Part shown: piece by piece, positions 18,708-28,189 of the stretch | Layout of the letters: every line of letters starts with the position of its first letter | Numbering within the stretch: position 1 is the stretch's first letter | DNA from: Clostridiales bacterium Firm_09 | GTDB taxonomy: Bacteria; Bacillota; Clostridia; Christensenellales; DTU072 | DNA length: 64,000 nucleotides | Reading direction: 5' to 3' | NCBI GenBank assembly: GCA_001604065.1 | Contig: LVAO01000005.1 | Location: 14,903 to 78,902 of the forward strand | Made by a program: the position numbers and the translations under genes | Notes under the pieces: generated by a model | Database searches by the model: none | The model's input: only the letters and a program-made list of their open reading frames with translations | What the model was told of the DNA's origin: nothing

Positions 18708-19811
18708 ATGACAGAAGAAAGAATAATACCGCAAAAAAGAAAGGCAATACTGGTCAATGTATCGCCGGAACAAAATACAGACCATCCATTGGCGGAGCTT
18801 GAACAGCTTGCGGATACTGCGGATTACCAGACCGTTGCTTATCTTACACAGCGCAGGCAGCATCAAGACAAGAATTACTGTATCGGTGCAGGCAAGCTTG
18901 CAGAGCTCAAATCGCTGATTGACCATTCCGGCGCGGATATCGTCATTTTTGATAACGATATCAGTGGCAGCCAGTTCAATAATCTTGAAAAAGCGCTGGG
19001 AGTCGAGGTTATCGACCGCGAAACGTTGATTCTTGAGATATTTTCCCGCCACGCGAGAAGCAACGAAGGCAAGCTTCAGGTGGAGCTTGCCCGCAAAAAA
19101 AAGATGTTGCCGCGCATCATCGGATCAAACACCAATTTGTCGCGTCAGGGCGGCGGTGGAGGTGGAGGAGGCGGCGCGCGCAGAGGGGGCGGTGAACAGC
19201 AGAAGGAGATTGACAGGCGCGCAATACGTCTTGAAATCAAAAATCTGAAGGACAAGATCGAGAAGCTGTCCGCCGAGCGCTCCTTGCGTAGGGTCAACCG
19301 CATCCGCAGCAACATCAAAACGGTTTCAATTGTAGGTTACACCAATGCGGGAAAGTCCACATTGATGAATGCGCTGACAAAAGCGGGCGTTCTGGAAGAA
19401 AATAAATTGTTTGCAACCCTTGACCCGGTCGGCCGCAAGCTCTGGCTGGGCGAGGGCAGAGAAATTCTTGTTTTTGATACGGTAGGCTTTATTTCGCGTT
19501 TGCCGCACGAGTTTATCGAAGCGTTCAAAAGCACACTGGAAGAAACCGTGCAGAGTGATCTTATTTTGCATGTTGTCGACAGCGCTTCGCCGGATATCCT
19601 GCGGAATTTTGATGTGGTAAACGAAGTGTTGGCTTCAATAGGGGCAAAGGATATCCCCGTATTGACCGTATTCAATAAATGTGATATGGGAATGCCTGCC
19701 GTGCTGCCCGCCGCGGACAATTATTGCATCATAAGCGCAAAATACAATGAAGGCATAGAAGAACTGAAGGCAAAAATCGGTGAAATGTTGTTCGGATTGC
19801 AGAAGCCGTAA
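18708..19811 (+). CDS. hflX: GTPase HflX
   Basis: Collinear with E. coli HflX as I remember it: LSRQGGG...E.DRR, G1 GYTNAGKST, DTVGF, NKCD. It lacks a long C-terminal domain. Confidence 0.85.
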   Translation: MTEERIIPQKRKAILVNVSPEQNTDHPLAELEQLADTADYQTVAYLTQRRQHQDKNYCIGAGKLAELKSLIDHSGADIVIFDNDISGSQFNNLEKALGVEVIDRETLILEIFSRHARSNEGKLQVELARKKKMLPRIIGSNTNLSRQGGGGGGGGGARRGGGEQQKEIDRRAIRLEIKNLKDKIEKLSAERSLRRVNRIRSNIKTVSIVGYTNAGKSTLMNALTKAGVLEENKLFATLDPVGRKLWLGEGREILVFDTVGFISRLPHEFIEAFKSTLEETVQSDLILHVVDSASPDILRNFDVVNEVLASIGAKDIPVLTVFNKCDMGMPAVLPAADNYCIISAKYNEGIEELKAKIGEMLFGLQKP

Positions 19812-19880
19812 AATACAGCACCCTCAATAAGATTCTTATCGGATTTTGGCATAACAGGTACTTGCAGGATAATAAAAAAA

Positions 19881-20142
19881 GTGCACCCGCTCCGACAAGT
19901 TTTACCGAATCGACACGGCTACAGGTAATTCCTTCAAAGCTTCCTCGTGGCACACCCCGTTATTTGCTTAGTGCTGCTGCGGTCAGGCCCTGACACGGTT
20001 CACAACACGGGATTGCACAAGACCTTGTTATCTACATCCCTTATAGACGCCGGCTTTCCATAAAAGTTGCCTCGGCGGGCGTTCGACCCTGCTGTAGCGG
20101 ATTGCAGGTTACAGGGCACCGCTGGCTCCCCGTCTAGCACAG
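19881..20142 (-). ncRNA. ffs: signal recognition particle RNA, long Bacillus-type with Alu domain
   Basis: The minus strand reads GUGCUAGACGGGGAGCCAGCGGUGCCCUGUAACCUGCAAUCCGCUACAGCAGGG... This is nearly identical to the B. subtilis scRNA Alu domain as I remember it. Domain IV reads GUGUCAGGGCC..GCAGCAGCACUAAG. Upstream lie TTGCCA (20171-20176c), 17 nt, then TATAAT (20148-20153c). The 3' end is GCAC followed by a T-run. End coordinates are +/-5 nt. Confidence 0.85.
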
Positions 20143-20378
20143 AATCCATTATACACGACCGGTGCTGTTTTGGCAACAGATAATAACAGAGAAATTTTTC
20201 ATAAAATGCAGGGTTTCTGCACAGGTCGGTTATTGGTGTTTCATCATAGTGTCCCGGCCTGGTTAATTTATTTCTTCTGACTGTTGAACTTATATGTATG
20301 AAATCTAAATTTGTTTCTTGGATTCCGTCTTTTGCGAATGTATTGTCAGACCCCAATTCTTTATTGCATGAAATAATA

Positions 20379-20407
20379 TTGACTTTGCATTATCGCTACA
20401 TTATAAT
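20379..20407 (+). promoter_or_regulatory. sigma-A-like promoter for the lipoprotein-proS unit
   Basis: TTGACT (20379-20384), 17 nt, TATAAT (20402-20407). Confidence 0.55.
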
Positions 20408-20438
20408 ATAGAAGTATATTTATGTTTCAGGAGAGTCT

Positions 20439-20795
20439 ATGAAGAAGCTAATCATCGTTTTGTTTATCGTTGCCCTTGTTACAGTTTCCGCCGTGGCGCT
20501 GACCGCTTGCGGCGACAAGGAAGAAACGGTTACTGTTACTTCCATTTCTGCAAAGGTAGGTTCCGGCAACGTCTTCTATGTGGGCGACAGCTTCGATACC
20601 ACAAAATTTACAATCACGGCAACCAAGTCTGACGATACCAAAGTCACCGTTTCCAATACCAACGGATTTTTCTATGACAAGTCGGACCTTCATCTTGTAA
20701 ACGGCAAATACTCTGTTGCAGGCACGTTTACTTTAAGAATCGTATATCTGGATCGTCTGGAAACAACGGTTGAAATAACAGTAAATAACAAATAA
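20439..20795 (+). CDS. small lipoprotein, beta-rich and Ig-like
   Basis: Signal peptide plus lipobox (ALTAC). The mature part is Thr/Val-rich with alternating beta-strand patterns (TVTVTSISAKV.., FTITATKSDDTKVTVS). Confidence 0.6.
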   Translation: MKKLIIVLFIVALVTVSAVALTACGDKEETVTVTSISAKVGSGNVFYVGDSFDTTKFTITATKSDDTKVTVSNTNGFFYDKSDLHLVNGKYSVAGTFTLRIVYLDRLETTVEITVNNK

Positions 20796-20808
20796 CGGAG
20801 AGCTTGCT

Positions 20809-22518
20809 ATGTTATTATCCAAACTCGTGGGGCAACGTTCAAAAGACAATCCCGCGGACGCTATGATCAGAAGCCATGCGCTTATGGTGAGAGCAGGGTT
20901 TATCAAATTGGTTGCTAACGGCATATGGACGCTTGGCATGCCCGCAAAGCGGATTGCCCAGAAGATAGAAAAAATCATCCGGGAAGAAATGGATGCCATC
21001 GACGGGCAAGAATGCACCTTCCCGGTCGCCATGCCAAGAGAGCTATGGGAAGAGTCCGGCAGATATTTCTCAATCGGAGAAGAGATGGTTCGTTTCAAAG
21101 ACCGCAACAACCGCGACATGGTGCTGGGGATGACCCATGAAGAAGCGGCAGTGCATTTTGCGCGCGACAATGTTGTCAGTTACCAGCAGTTGCCGTTTAT
21201 GATTTATCAGATACAAACCAAATTCCGTGATGAGGCAAGACCGCGCGGAGGATTGATTCGCGTCAGAGAATTTACCATGAAGGACGCGTATTCCTTTCAT
21301 ATCTCGCAAGAAGATCTGGAAACCTATTACCAGCGTGTATACGACGCGTATACCAGAATTTTTTGCAGAATCGGCATGAAGAACGTCGTTGCAGTCAAAT
21401 CAGACTCCGGCATGATGGGCGGAAGCATCTCGCACGAATATATGCTGCTGACGCCGGTCGGCGAAGATACGTTGGTGCTTTGCAAGCAATGCGGTTATAA
21501 AGCCAATATGGAAGTAGCCGAATGTCAGCCGGATACCGTACGAGACAGCGTTTCGCAAGAACCGGAAGAAGTGTTTACAGGCGACGTAAAAGAGATTATT
21601 GAGGTATCTCGTTATCTCAATGTGGGTGCCCAAAAGACGATTAAAGCGGTAAGTTATAATATCAAGGGCGATACCAGACTGGTAGTCTGCTTCCTCCGCG
21701 GCGACCTGGAAGTCAACGAAGCTAAGCTTAAAAAAGCGATCCGCAAAGACATCGTGCCTTCCAACCTGTCCGACAGTGAAAAGCTGGTTGCCGGCAACAT
21801 CGGTCCGTTGGGGCTTAAGCTGGACGATGCCATTCTGGTCTATGACGCATCCCTCAAAGAAGCGAACAATATGGTTGTGGGTGCAAACAAAGCCAATTAT
21901 CATATTAAGGGCATAGATGTTCAAAGAGATCTTGATATAAAAGAGTTTTATGACATCGCAAAGGTGCCCGAAGGTGCGCGCTGCAAGTTCTGTGGGGCGC
22001 CGCTGGGAATCAGTCACGGCATCGAAGTGGGTAATATCTTCCAGCTCGGTACAAAATATACCAAAGCAATGGGAATGACGGTTCTTAACAAAGAAGGCGC
22101 ATCTGTTTATCCTGTTATGGGTTGTTACGGTATCGGCGTCGGCAGAGCAATCGCTTCGGTTGCAGAAGAGCGTTGTGATGACAAAGGGCTCAATTGGCCG
22201 ATGGCAATCGCGCCCTGGCATGTATATTTGTGCCCATTAAGAATGGATGATGCAGACGTCAGGGAAAAAGCTTTTAATTTATATGATGCGCTCCGTGCCG
22301 CCGGTACAGAAGTGCTGATGGATGACAGAGATGCCTCGCCGGGTTGCAAATTCTCCGATTGCGACCTGATGGGAATTCCGATTCGGGTTGTCATCAGTCC
22401 CCGTTCTTTATCCAAAGGAGAGGTGGAAATCCAGTTGCGGGATGGCAGTCTAAAAACAAATGCAAAATACGATGCCTGCATAGGAGTCATACAAGACATT
22501 ATAAAGAATAATATGTAA
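20809..22518 (+). CDS. proS: proline--tRNA ligase (bacterial type with INS editing domain)
   Basis: 569 aa. MLLSKL.GQR.K..PADA...SH.LM.RAGFI, class II motifs (FRDE.RPR.GL.R.REF.MKD.YSF, GCYGIGV.R) and a central insertion domain. Confidence 0.9.
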   Translation: MLLSKLVGQRSKDNPADAMIRSHALMVRAGFIKLVANGIWTLGMPAKRIAQKIEKIIREEMDAIDGQECTFPVAMPRELWEESGRYFSIGEEMVRFKDRNNRDMVLGMTHEEAAVHFARDNVVSYQQLPFMIYQIQTKFRDEARPRGGLIRVREFTMKDAYSFHISQEDLETYYQRVYDAYTRIFCRIGMKNVVAVKSDSGMMGGSISHEYMLLTPVGEDTLVLCKQCGYKANMEVAECQPDTVRDSVSQEPEEVFTGDVKEIIEVSRYLNVGAQKTIKAVSYNIKGDTRLVVCFLRGDLEVNEAKLKKAIRKDIVPSNLSDSEKLVAGNIGPLGLKLDDAILVYDASLKEANNMVVGANKANYHIKGIDVQRDLDIKEFYDIAKVPEGARCKFCGAPLGISHGIEVGNIFQLGTKYTKAMGMTVLNKEGASVYPVMGCYGIGVGRAIASVAEERCDDKGLNWPMAIAPWHVYLCPLRMDDADVREKAFNLYDALRAAGTEVLMDDRDASPGCKFSDCDLMGIPIRVVISPRSLSKGEVEIQLRDGSLKTNAKYDACIGVIQDIIKNNM

Positions 22519-22569
22519 GGATAGGGTGCCTGCGTAAATCAAGATATCACGGGGCTCCGGAGGGAAAGA

Positions 22570-24162
22570 GTGAAGAAATTGTTCTTCATCTTCATCATCA
22601 TAGCGGTTGCCGGTCTCGCGCTCGTTTCGTGTGTACATACGGACGATCCCGGGCAGGATGAGCCTGTGGAAGATGATTTCGGCACGCCGGGTTTTACGCG
22701 GGACGAAACGACTTCGAGCGAAATGTTTGATGATTTTGTCGGCGGACTGATGCAGACAATGAAATATGCCAGTTCCGAAGTGGTTCCTTCCCTTTACAAG
22801 AAAATTGCCGTCAATCTGCGTCTGGATCTCAATTTCAACGGCAATGAATCCTATATTCTCTTCCGTTCCGGATATGACGCGGACAGGCCTCAGAACACCA
22901 CGTTATGCATAGAAGTATTTTCGAGCGCGACACAGGATCTGCTGGCGGGTATCTATCTTTTTGAAAAAACCTCGTATCTATATGTCCATCTGGCAGAAAA
23001 CAAAATAAAAATACCACTTCTTCCCGGCACGGTCAGCGGAATCTTTCCTGTTGATATAGGATTTGACGCAGATGCCAGCATGCTTGTTTCCAGCGGGCTG
23101 AAGTCTTTTATGTATGCTGCAGGCAAGATTGATTACGAATATAAAATATACAAGCCGGACAAGAATAACAGCTTCTGCGAAAGGCATTTCCGTTTTGACG
23201 TCGATATGGGAAAAAGTCTCAGGCAACTGGCGCAGATGTCTTCTTATTGGCAAGAAAAGCTGGGCTTGAAAAACGGCGAGATGGATTTCATTTTCCAGAA
23301 TATCCTGGGGATAACCGGTGCCGATATTCTTGCAGGCAGGATTCCCGATTCTAAAATTACAGTAGAATTCTCGACACAGGGCGGCAATCCGGATTATGTG
23401 GGACAAGGCCGTCTGACAAAGATGAAGGTGAGTGCGGATATCGACCAGACAAACGACGGCGATTCTGTTTTTGGCAAGGATTTTGACATCGTATTTGATG
23501 CCGTGCAGATATCGATATCCAATTCTGCTTTGCAGGGTTTGCCCGGAGAAAATGCTTTTGCCGATTTTGTCGATTATGCAGACAGAAAATTCCGTTTCAA
23601 AACCGAGTTGAAATATGATGGAGAAGAAGAAGCGAATGACGTGACACTGGATTTTATTTATGATATCCGTGACGGAGATAAAACCACATTCTCTCTTTCT
23701 GCCGTTGGCAAAAATACCGGTTCAGAAAACTGTTCTGTGTATTACGTCAACCATTATCTCTATCTTAATTGGACAGCGGACGGACGGGAATACAATATAG
23801 AAGGGCATTTTGACTTCAACCAGTTTGTTTCGGAGCTTGCCGAACTCAAAAAGGATGAGGCAAAAAACGGACTGATCAGCATTCTTTCTTATATTCTCAA
23901 TTGTGTACGTTTGCAGAATGGCGAAATCCGCTACCATTTTGAGCCGCTATTTTTTGCGGATCTGATCGGGTTGGACGATAGGATGCTGCTGGAGCTTTTT
24001 GACCGATGCTCAGAGGAAGACGTTGTCGCATTGCTGACGGCAAACCAGATAGCAATATCCGATCTGAACCGGCCTTTTACCTTGGTGATCAACACATCAA
24101 AAGCGTTTATTGAACAAATCAGTGATATTACTCTTCCGGAGAACCCGAATCGGCTCGGATAA
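22570..24162 (+). CDS. lipoprotein of unknown function
   Basis: GTG start with a GGAGGG RBS. Signal peptide plus lipobox (LVSC). 530 aa, with no motif I recognise. Confidence 0.6.
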   Translation: MKKLFFIFIIIAVAGLALVSCVHTDDPGQDEPVEDDFGTPGFTRDETTSSEMFDDFVGGLMQTMKYASSEVVPSLYKKIAVNLRLDLNFNGNESYILFRSGYDADRPQNTTLCIEVFSSATQDLLAGIYLFEKTSYLYVHLAENKIKIPLLPGTVSGIFPVDIGFDADASMLVSSGLKSFMYAAGKIDYEYKIYKPDKNNSFCERHFRFDVDMGKSLRQLAQMSSYWQEKLGLKNGEMDFIFQNILGITGADILAGRIPDSKITVEFSTQGGNPDYVGQGRLTKMKVSADIDQTNDGDSVFGKDFDIVFDAVQISISNSALQGLPGENAFADFVDYADRKFRFKTELKYDGEEEANDVTLDFIYDIRDGDKTTFSLSAVGKNTGSENCSVYYVNHYLYLNWTADGREYNIEGHFDFNQFVSELAELKKDEAKNGLISILSYILNCVRLQNGEIRYHFEPLFFADLIGLDDRMLLELFDRCSEEDVVALLTANQIAISDLNRPFTLVINTSKAFIEQISDITLPENPNRLG

Positions 24163-24200
24163 AAAGGGCTGTCAAGAGATTTGCCGCCGGATTGAACGTC

Positions 24201-24950
24201 TTATATTATATCCGCCATCGAATACAGTCCCGCAGGTTTGTCCTGAAGGAAAATTGCGGCATTGATGCTGCCATTCGCAAATATCGTTTTGCTTTCTGCT
24301 TCATGCGTCAGGGTAATGACCTCGCTGTCCAGGATGAACATCACTTCATGCTTGCCGACGATTGAGCCGCCGCGTACGGAATGGATGCCAATTTCGTTTT
24401 TGGCACGCTTGCCGACCTGCCCTTGGCGGCCATAAACAGGGGTCAACTCTGTTCTGGCGGTTTTGACACTGTCCAACAGCATCAATGCTGTGCCCGAAGG
24501 CGCATCCACTTTTTTGTTATGATGGGATTCAATGATTTCGATATCCGCTTTGTCGCCGAGCAGCGCGGCAGCCTGTTTTACCAGTTTTGTCAGAACATTG
24601 ACGCCAAGAGAGAGGTTTCCGGTCCGGAATATGGGGATTTTTTTTGAGGCTTCCTGAATCGCGTCCAGCTCTTCTTTGCCGTAGCCGGTGGTCGCGATAA
24701 CACATGGGATGCCTTTTTCTACCGCGTAAGGAAGATATTCGTATAAAGCTGCTTTGACAGAAAAGTCAATGATGCAGTCCACTTTCTCTGCGACGTCGCG
24801 GATATCCTGATAAATGGGGACATAAATGCCGCAGCCGTCATAATGTTTGTCCACACCGCAAACCGCTTTTGCATCTTCTCTCCCGGCAAGTGCGTCATAG
24901 ACCTTTTTTCCCATGGTGCCGCCGATACCGTTGATTAAGATATTTACCAT
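24201..24950 (-). CDS. dapB: 4-hydroxy-tetrahydrodipicolinate reductase
   Basis: The N-terminal NGIGGTMGK dinucleotide fold and ESHHNKKVDAPSGTAL. Confidence 0.9.
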   Translation of the reverse strand: MVNILINGIGGTMGKKVYDALAGREDAKAVCGVDKHYDGCGIYVPIYQDIRDVAEKVDCIIDFSVKAALYEYLPYAVEKGIPCVIATTGYGKEELDAIQEASKKIPIFRTGNLSLGVNVLTKLVKQAAALLGDKADIEIIESHHNKKVDAPSGTALMLLDSVKTARTELTPVYGRQGQVGKRAKNEIGIHSVRGGSIVGKHEVMFILDSEVITLTHEAESKTIFANGSINAAIFLQDKPAGLYSMADII

Positions 24951-24999
24951 ACTATCTCCTGTAAAAAATCTGCCATGAAAAAGAATGCGTCAGACCGTG

Positions 25000-25881
25000 T
25001 CAATCGTTAAGAAGCCCGAAGTTCCGGAGTTCCGCTTTCAGATAATCCTCTTTTGAAAATCTGGTAAGCGGCAGTCTCATATAGTCATCGGGTATAATGC
25101 CGAGTATGCGCGCCGCGCATTTGACCGGAATGGGATTGACTTCGCTGAACAAAGCTTTGACCAGAGGCATCAGTTTGAATTGCATTGCAAGGGAGGCATC
25201 TGTATCGCCGGCAAAATACTTTGCTACCATGTCTGACATAAAGCGCGGCGCAATGTTGGATACGACACTGATGACACCCTTGCCTCCCAACGCAAGAAGA
25301 GGATAGACGTAGCCGTCATCGCCGCTGTAAATGTCCATTCTGCCTTTGACAAGGCGGGCTACGTCCATAAACTGCTGAATGTTCCCGGAAGCCTCTTTGA
25401 TGCCGATAATTTTTTTGTAGCCCGCAAGCATTTCTACGGTTTCGGGATTGATGTTGACGCCGGTTCTGCCCGGCACATTGTACATGATAATGGGGATATC
25501 GGTTGCGTCCGCAAGAGCTTTATAATGTGCGATGAGACCCGCCTGTGTGCATTTGTTATAATAGGGGGTGACTGCGAGAATGCCGTCTGCACCCAGCTCT
25601 TGCGCCTCTACCGCATATTCTACCGCGGTATAAGTATTGTTGCTTCCTGCACCCAAAATGACGGGGATTTTATGATTGACTTGCTTGATGACAGCAATTG
25701 CTACCGCGGTGCGTTCGCCATGTGTCATTGTGGTAGGTTCGCCGGTGGTACCGTTGACAATCAGCGCCGATACACCGCCTTGAAGCTGAATATCCACAAG
25801 TTTTTGGAGCGCGGCGAAGTCAACCTTATCGTTTTGGAAGGGGGTGATGAGCGCCGTGCCGACGCCTTGAAATAATGTCAT
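25000..25881 (-). CDS. dapA: 4-hydroxy-tetrahydrodipicolinate synthase
   Basis: G.GTALITPF, VNGTTGE, YNVPGRTG and GIKEASGN (Schiff-base Lys region). Confidence 0.9.
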   Translation of the reverse strand: MTLFQGVGTALITPFQNDKVDFAALQKLVDIQLQGGVSALIVNGTTGEPTTMTHGERTAVAIAVIKQVNHKIPVILGAGSNNTYTAVEYAVEAQELGADGILAVTPYYNKCTQAGLIAHYKALADATDIPIIMYNVPGRTGVNINPETVEMLAGYKKIIGIKEASGNIQQFMDVARLVKGRMDIYSGDDGYVYPLLALGGKGVISVVSNIAPRFMSDMVAKYFAGDTDASLAMQFKLMPLVKALFSEVNPIPVKCAARILGIIPDDYMRLPLTRFSKEDYLKAELRNFGLLND

Positions 25882-25933
25882 AAAACAGCTCCTTTATAAT
25901 GCATTTTATTTTGTTTTCGTAATGGCGGTTCGC

Positions 25934-26932
25934 CTAAAAAGACAAACCCATCAAATATTGGACAATTTGAATGGCGTTGGTTGCCGCTCCCTTGCGGATA
26001 TTGTCGGCGACAACCCATAGATTGCAGCCGGATTCAACCGTATTATCGATGCGTATGCGTCCGACATAGACTTCATCGTGGTCTTCTGCATAGATCGGCA
26101 TGGGATACTTGAGGTTTGCGGTATCATCCACAACGACAAGTCCTTTGGCTCCGGCAAGCGCTTCCCGGATGCCTTCGAGCGTGCAAGGGGTTTTGAATTC
26201 GACGTTGATGCTTTCGCTGTGGCCATGGAAGACAGGCACGCGTACGGTGGTTGCCGTAATTTTGAGGTTGAAGTCCCCGAGAATTTTTTTGGTCTCGAAC
26301 ATCATCTTCTCTTCTTCTTTGGTGTATCCGCTGGGCATAAAGACATCGATGTGCGGTATCACGTTGCCGAAAATCGGATAGGGGAATTTTGTCGGCGCAA
26401 CGCCGTTGATGCCGTTTTTCAAGTCATTGTATCCTGCGACACCCGCTCCGGATACTGCCTGGTACGTGCTGTATACGATGCGCTTGATGCCGTATTTATC
26501 ATAAAGCGGCTTTAAGGCGACGACTGCCTGAATGGTGCTGCAATTGGGATTCGCAATAATGCCATGGTGATTTCTTGCGGCTTCGGCGTTGACCTCAGGT
26601 ACGACCAAAGGCACGGTGGGATCTGTTCTCCATTGGCTGCTGTTATCCACGACAACGGTGCCTTGCGCCGCAAAAATCGGGGCGTATTCTTTGGATACCG
26701 AAGCGCCTGCGGAAAATACGGCAAAATCGATTTTTTTATCTACAATATTCTCGGGTCTGAGCTCGAGAATAGTGTGTTCCTTGCCCATAAAGTTGACCGT
26801 TTTCCCGGCGGATTTTGCAGAGGCGTAAAGATAATAGGTGTCTACCGGGAGTTTGCGTTCTTCGAGAACTTGCAGAAATTTGTTGCCGACCATGCCGGTT
26901 GCACCGACAACGGCCATCGTATAGCGCTTCAT
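25934..26932 (-). CDS. asd: aspartate-semialdehyde dehydrogenase
   Basis: VVGATGMVG, the active-site NPNCSTI, and the YQAVSGAG motif. Confidence 0.9.
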   Translation of the reverse strand: MKRYTMAVVGATGMVGNKFLQVLEERKLPVDTYYLYASAKSAGKTVNFMGKEHTILELRPENIVDKKIDFAVFSAGASVSKEYAPIFAAQGTVVVDNSSQWRTDPTVPLVVPEVNAEAARNHHGIIANPNCSTIQAVVALKPLYDKYGIKRIVYSTYQAVSGAGVAGYNDLKNGINGVAPTKFPYPIFGNVIPHIDVFMPSGYTKEEEKMMFETKKILGDFNLKITATTVRVPVFHGHSESINVEFKTPCTLEGIREALAGAKGLVVVDDTANLKYPMPIYAEDHDEVYVGRIRIDNTVESGCNLWVVADNIRKGAATNAIQIVQYLMGLSF

Positions 26933-26964
26933 TGCTCTCTCCTCAATAAAAAAGTATTTTCAAT

Positions 26965-26994
26965 ATTATACGATTTGCGAATCGGAAATGTCAA
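26965..26994 (-). promoter_or_regulatory. sigma-A-like promoter for asd-dapA-dapB
   Basis: On the minus strand: TTGACA (26989-26994c), 18 nt, TATAAT (26965-26970c). The spacer contains the small palindrome CGATTtgcgAATCG. Confidence 0.5.
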
Positions 26995-27151
26995 CGGAAT
27001 GAATCCCCGACAAGGCAATTTAATCGTAAAATACCCTTATACTGTATATATCATTTTGTCGGATAATTTGATTGCAAAATGAGACTTTGTGATGTATACT
27101 TCTTGTTGGGAATAATTATAAGATTTTATTTTTACACCAGCAGAGGTATTT

Positions 27152-28189
27152 ATGGCCGACAAAAAGACCAACCAAGAAAAAAAAGGCAGGGTGCAGCTTA
27201 AGCTTCTTTCCAAGTTAACGCTTGCGCCCGAAAAGCGCAACGAGCCATCCAAGGGCGCGTATCCTGCAGGAAGATTCAAATTGTGTACGGATATCATCCG
27301 CAGCAATCTCTCCAATCTGTCCATCATCAATATTCTGACATTGATATTTGCACTTCCTCTTCTTGCCGCGCTCATTTATTTTTCCATGATAGGCGCCGAG
27401 GGATTTTCTTATTTGCTCAACAACACGGACACACCGTATCTTCTGTCGGATTTCGGCATCGGTCTGTCGCATGGCTCTTCATTGGCTGATGTTAAGGCCG
27501 GCATGCTGATGAGTTACCGTGTATTGTTTCTGGCCATCGCAGTTTGTCTGCCGATATTGGGGGCGGGCTTTGCGGGTTTATTCTATATTGTCACAAAAAT
27601 GGTATGGGGAGAGGGGTTTATCTGCAAAAAAGATAAATACGGCAATGATGTTCCCCGTATCGTGCTGGAGTATTTCCGCGGAGTGAAGCTGTATTGGAAG
27701 CAGCCGGTATTGATTATGGCTGTTTTTGGTGTCGTTGTCGCAGGCGCCAGCAATCTTATTATTAATTTTATAGAGGGCCTTTGGCTGCAGAACCTCAATG
27801 CCGGAGATTATATCGGATTGACAGCGGCTCTCATTGTCGGGCTTGCATCGGTTCTGATTCTGTTTAATTTATTGCCCATGACCGTTGCCTACGATCTTCC
27901 GCTCCTTGCAAAACTAAAAAATGCAACGCTTATCACAATCGTATTTTTTGTCCCCACATTGCTGATTATGATGATTGCCTGTCTGCCTTTTGTTTTGCTT
28001 GCCGGCGGTCCGATGCTTCAGATGCTGGCGGCATTGGTATTCTGCATGATCGGATTATCCTATTTTTCATTGATATCCGCCAATTATCTTGGCTACAATT
28101 CAGAAAAAATCCTTGTCCCTCTGTATGAGGCGACAATGCAGGCCGAACGCAAAAAAAGCAGCAAAAAGGGTAAAAAATCCAAAAAATGA
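27152..28189 (+). CDS. polytopic membrane protein, DUF624/YesL-like
   Basis: A basic N-terminus is followed by ~6 TM helices. F..C.D.I..N...L...N.L.L.F.LP resembles the YesL-family N-terminus. The C-terminal tail is Lys-rich. Confidence 0.5.
   Translation: MADKKTNQEKKGRVQLKLLSKLTLAPEKRNEPSKGAYPAGRFKLCTDIIRSNLSNLSIINILTLIFALPLLAALIYFSMIGAEGFSYLLNNTDTPYLLSDFGIGLSHGSSLADVKAGMLMSYRVLFLAIAVCLPILGAGFAGLFYIVTKMVWGEGFICKKDKYGNDVPRIVLEYFRGVKLYWKQPVLIMAVFGVVVAGASNLIINFIEGLWLQNLNAGDYIGLTAALIVGLASVLILFNLLPMTVAYDLPLLAKLKNATLITIVFFVPTLLIMMIACLPFVLLAGGPMLQMLAALVFCMIGLSYFSLISANYLGYNSEKILVPLYEATMQAERKKSSKKGKKSKK

Noticed and set aside
19130-19200. A run of nine consecutive Gly residues in HflX (GGGGGGGGGARRGGGE), encoded by GGC/GGT/GGA repeats.
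   Set aside because: It aligns with the conserved GGG-x-G-x-RGPGE loop of HflX. It looks like a ~5-residue slippage-type expansion within an already Gly-rich loop. The rest of the protein is intact. It is not a separate feature.
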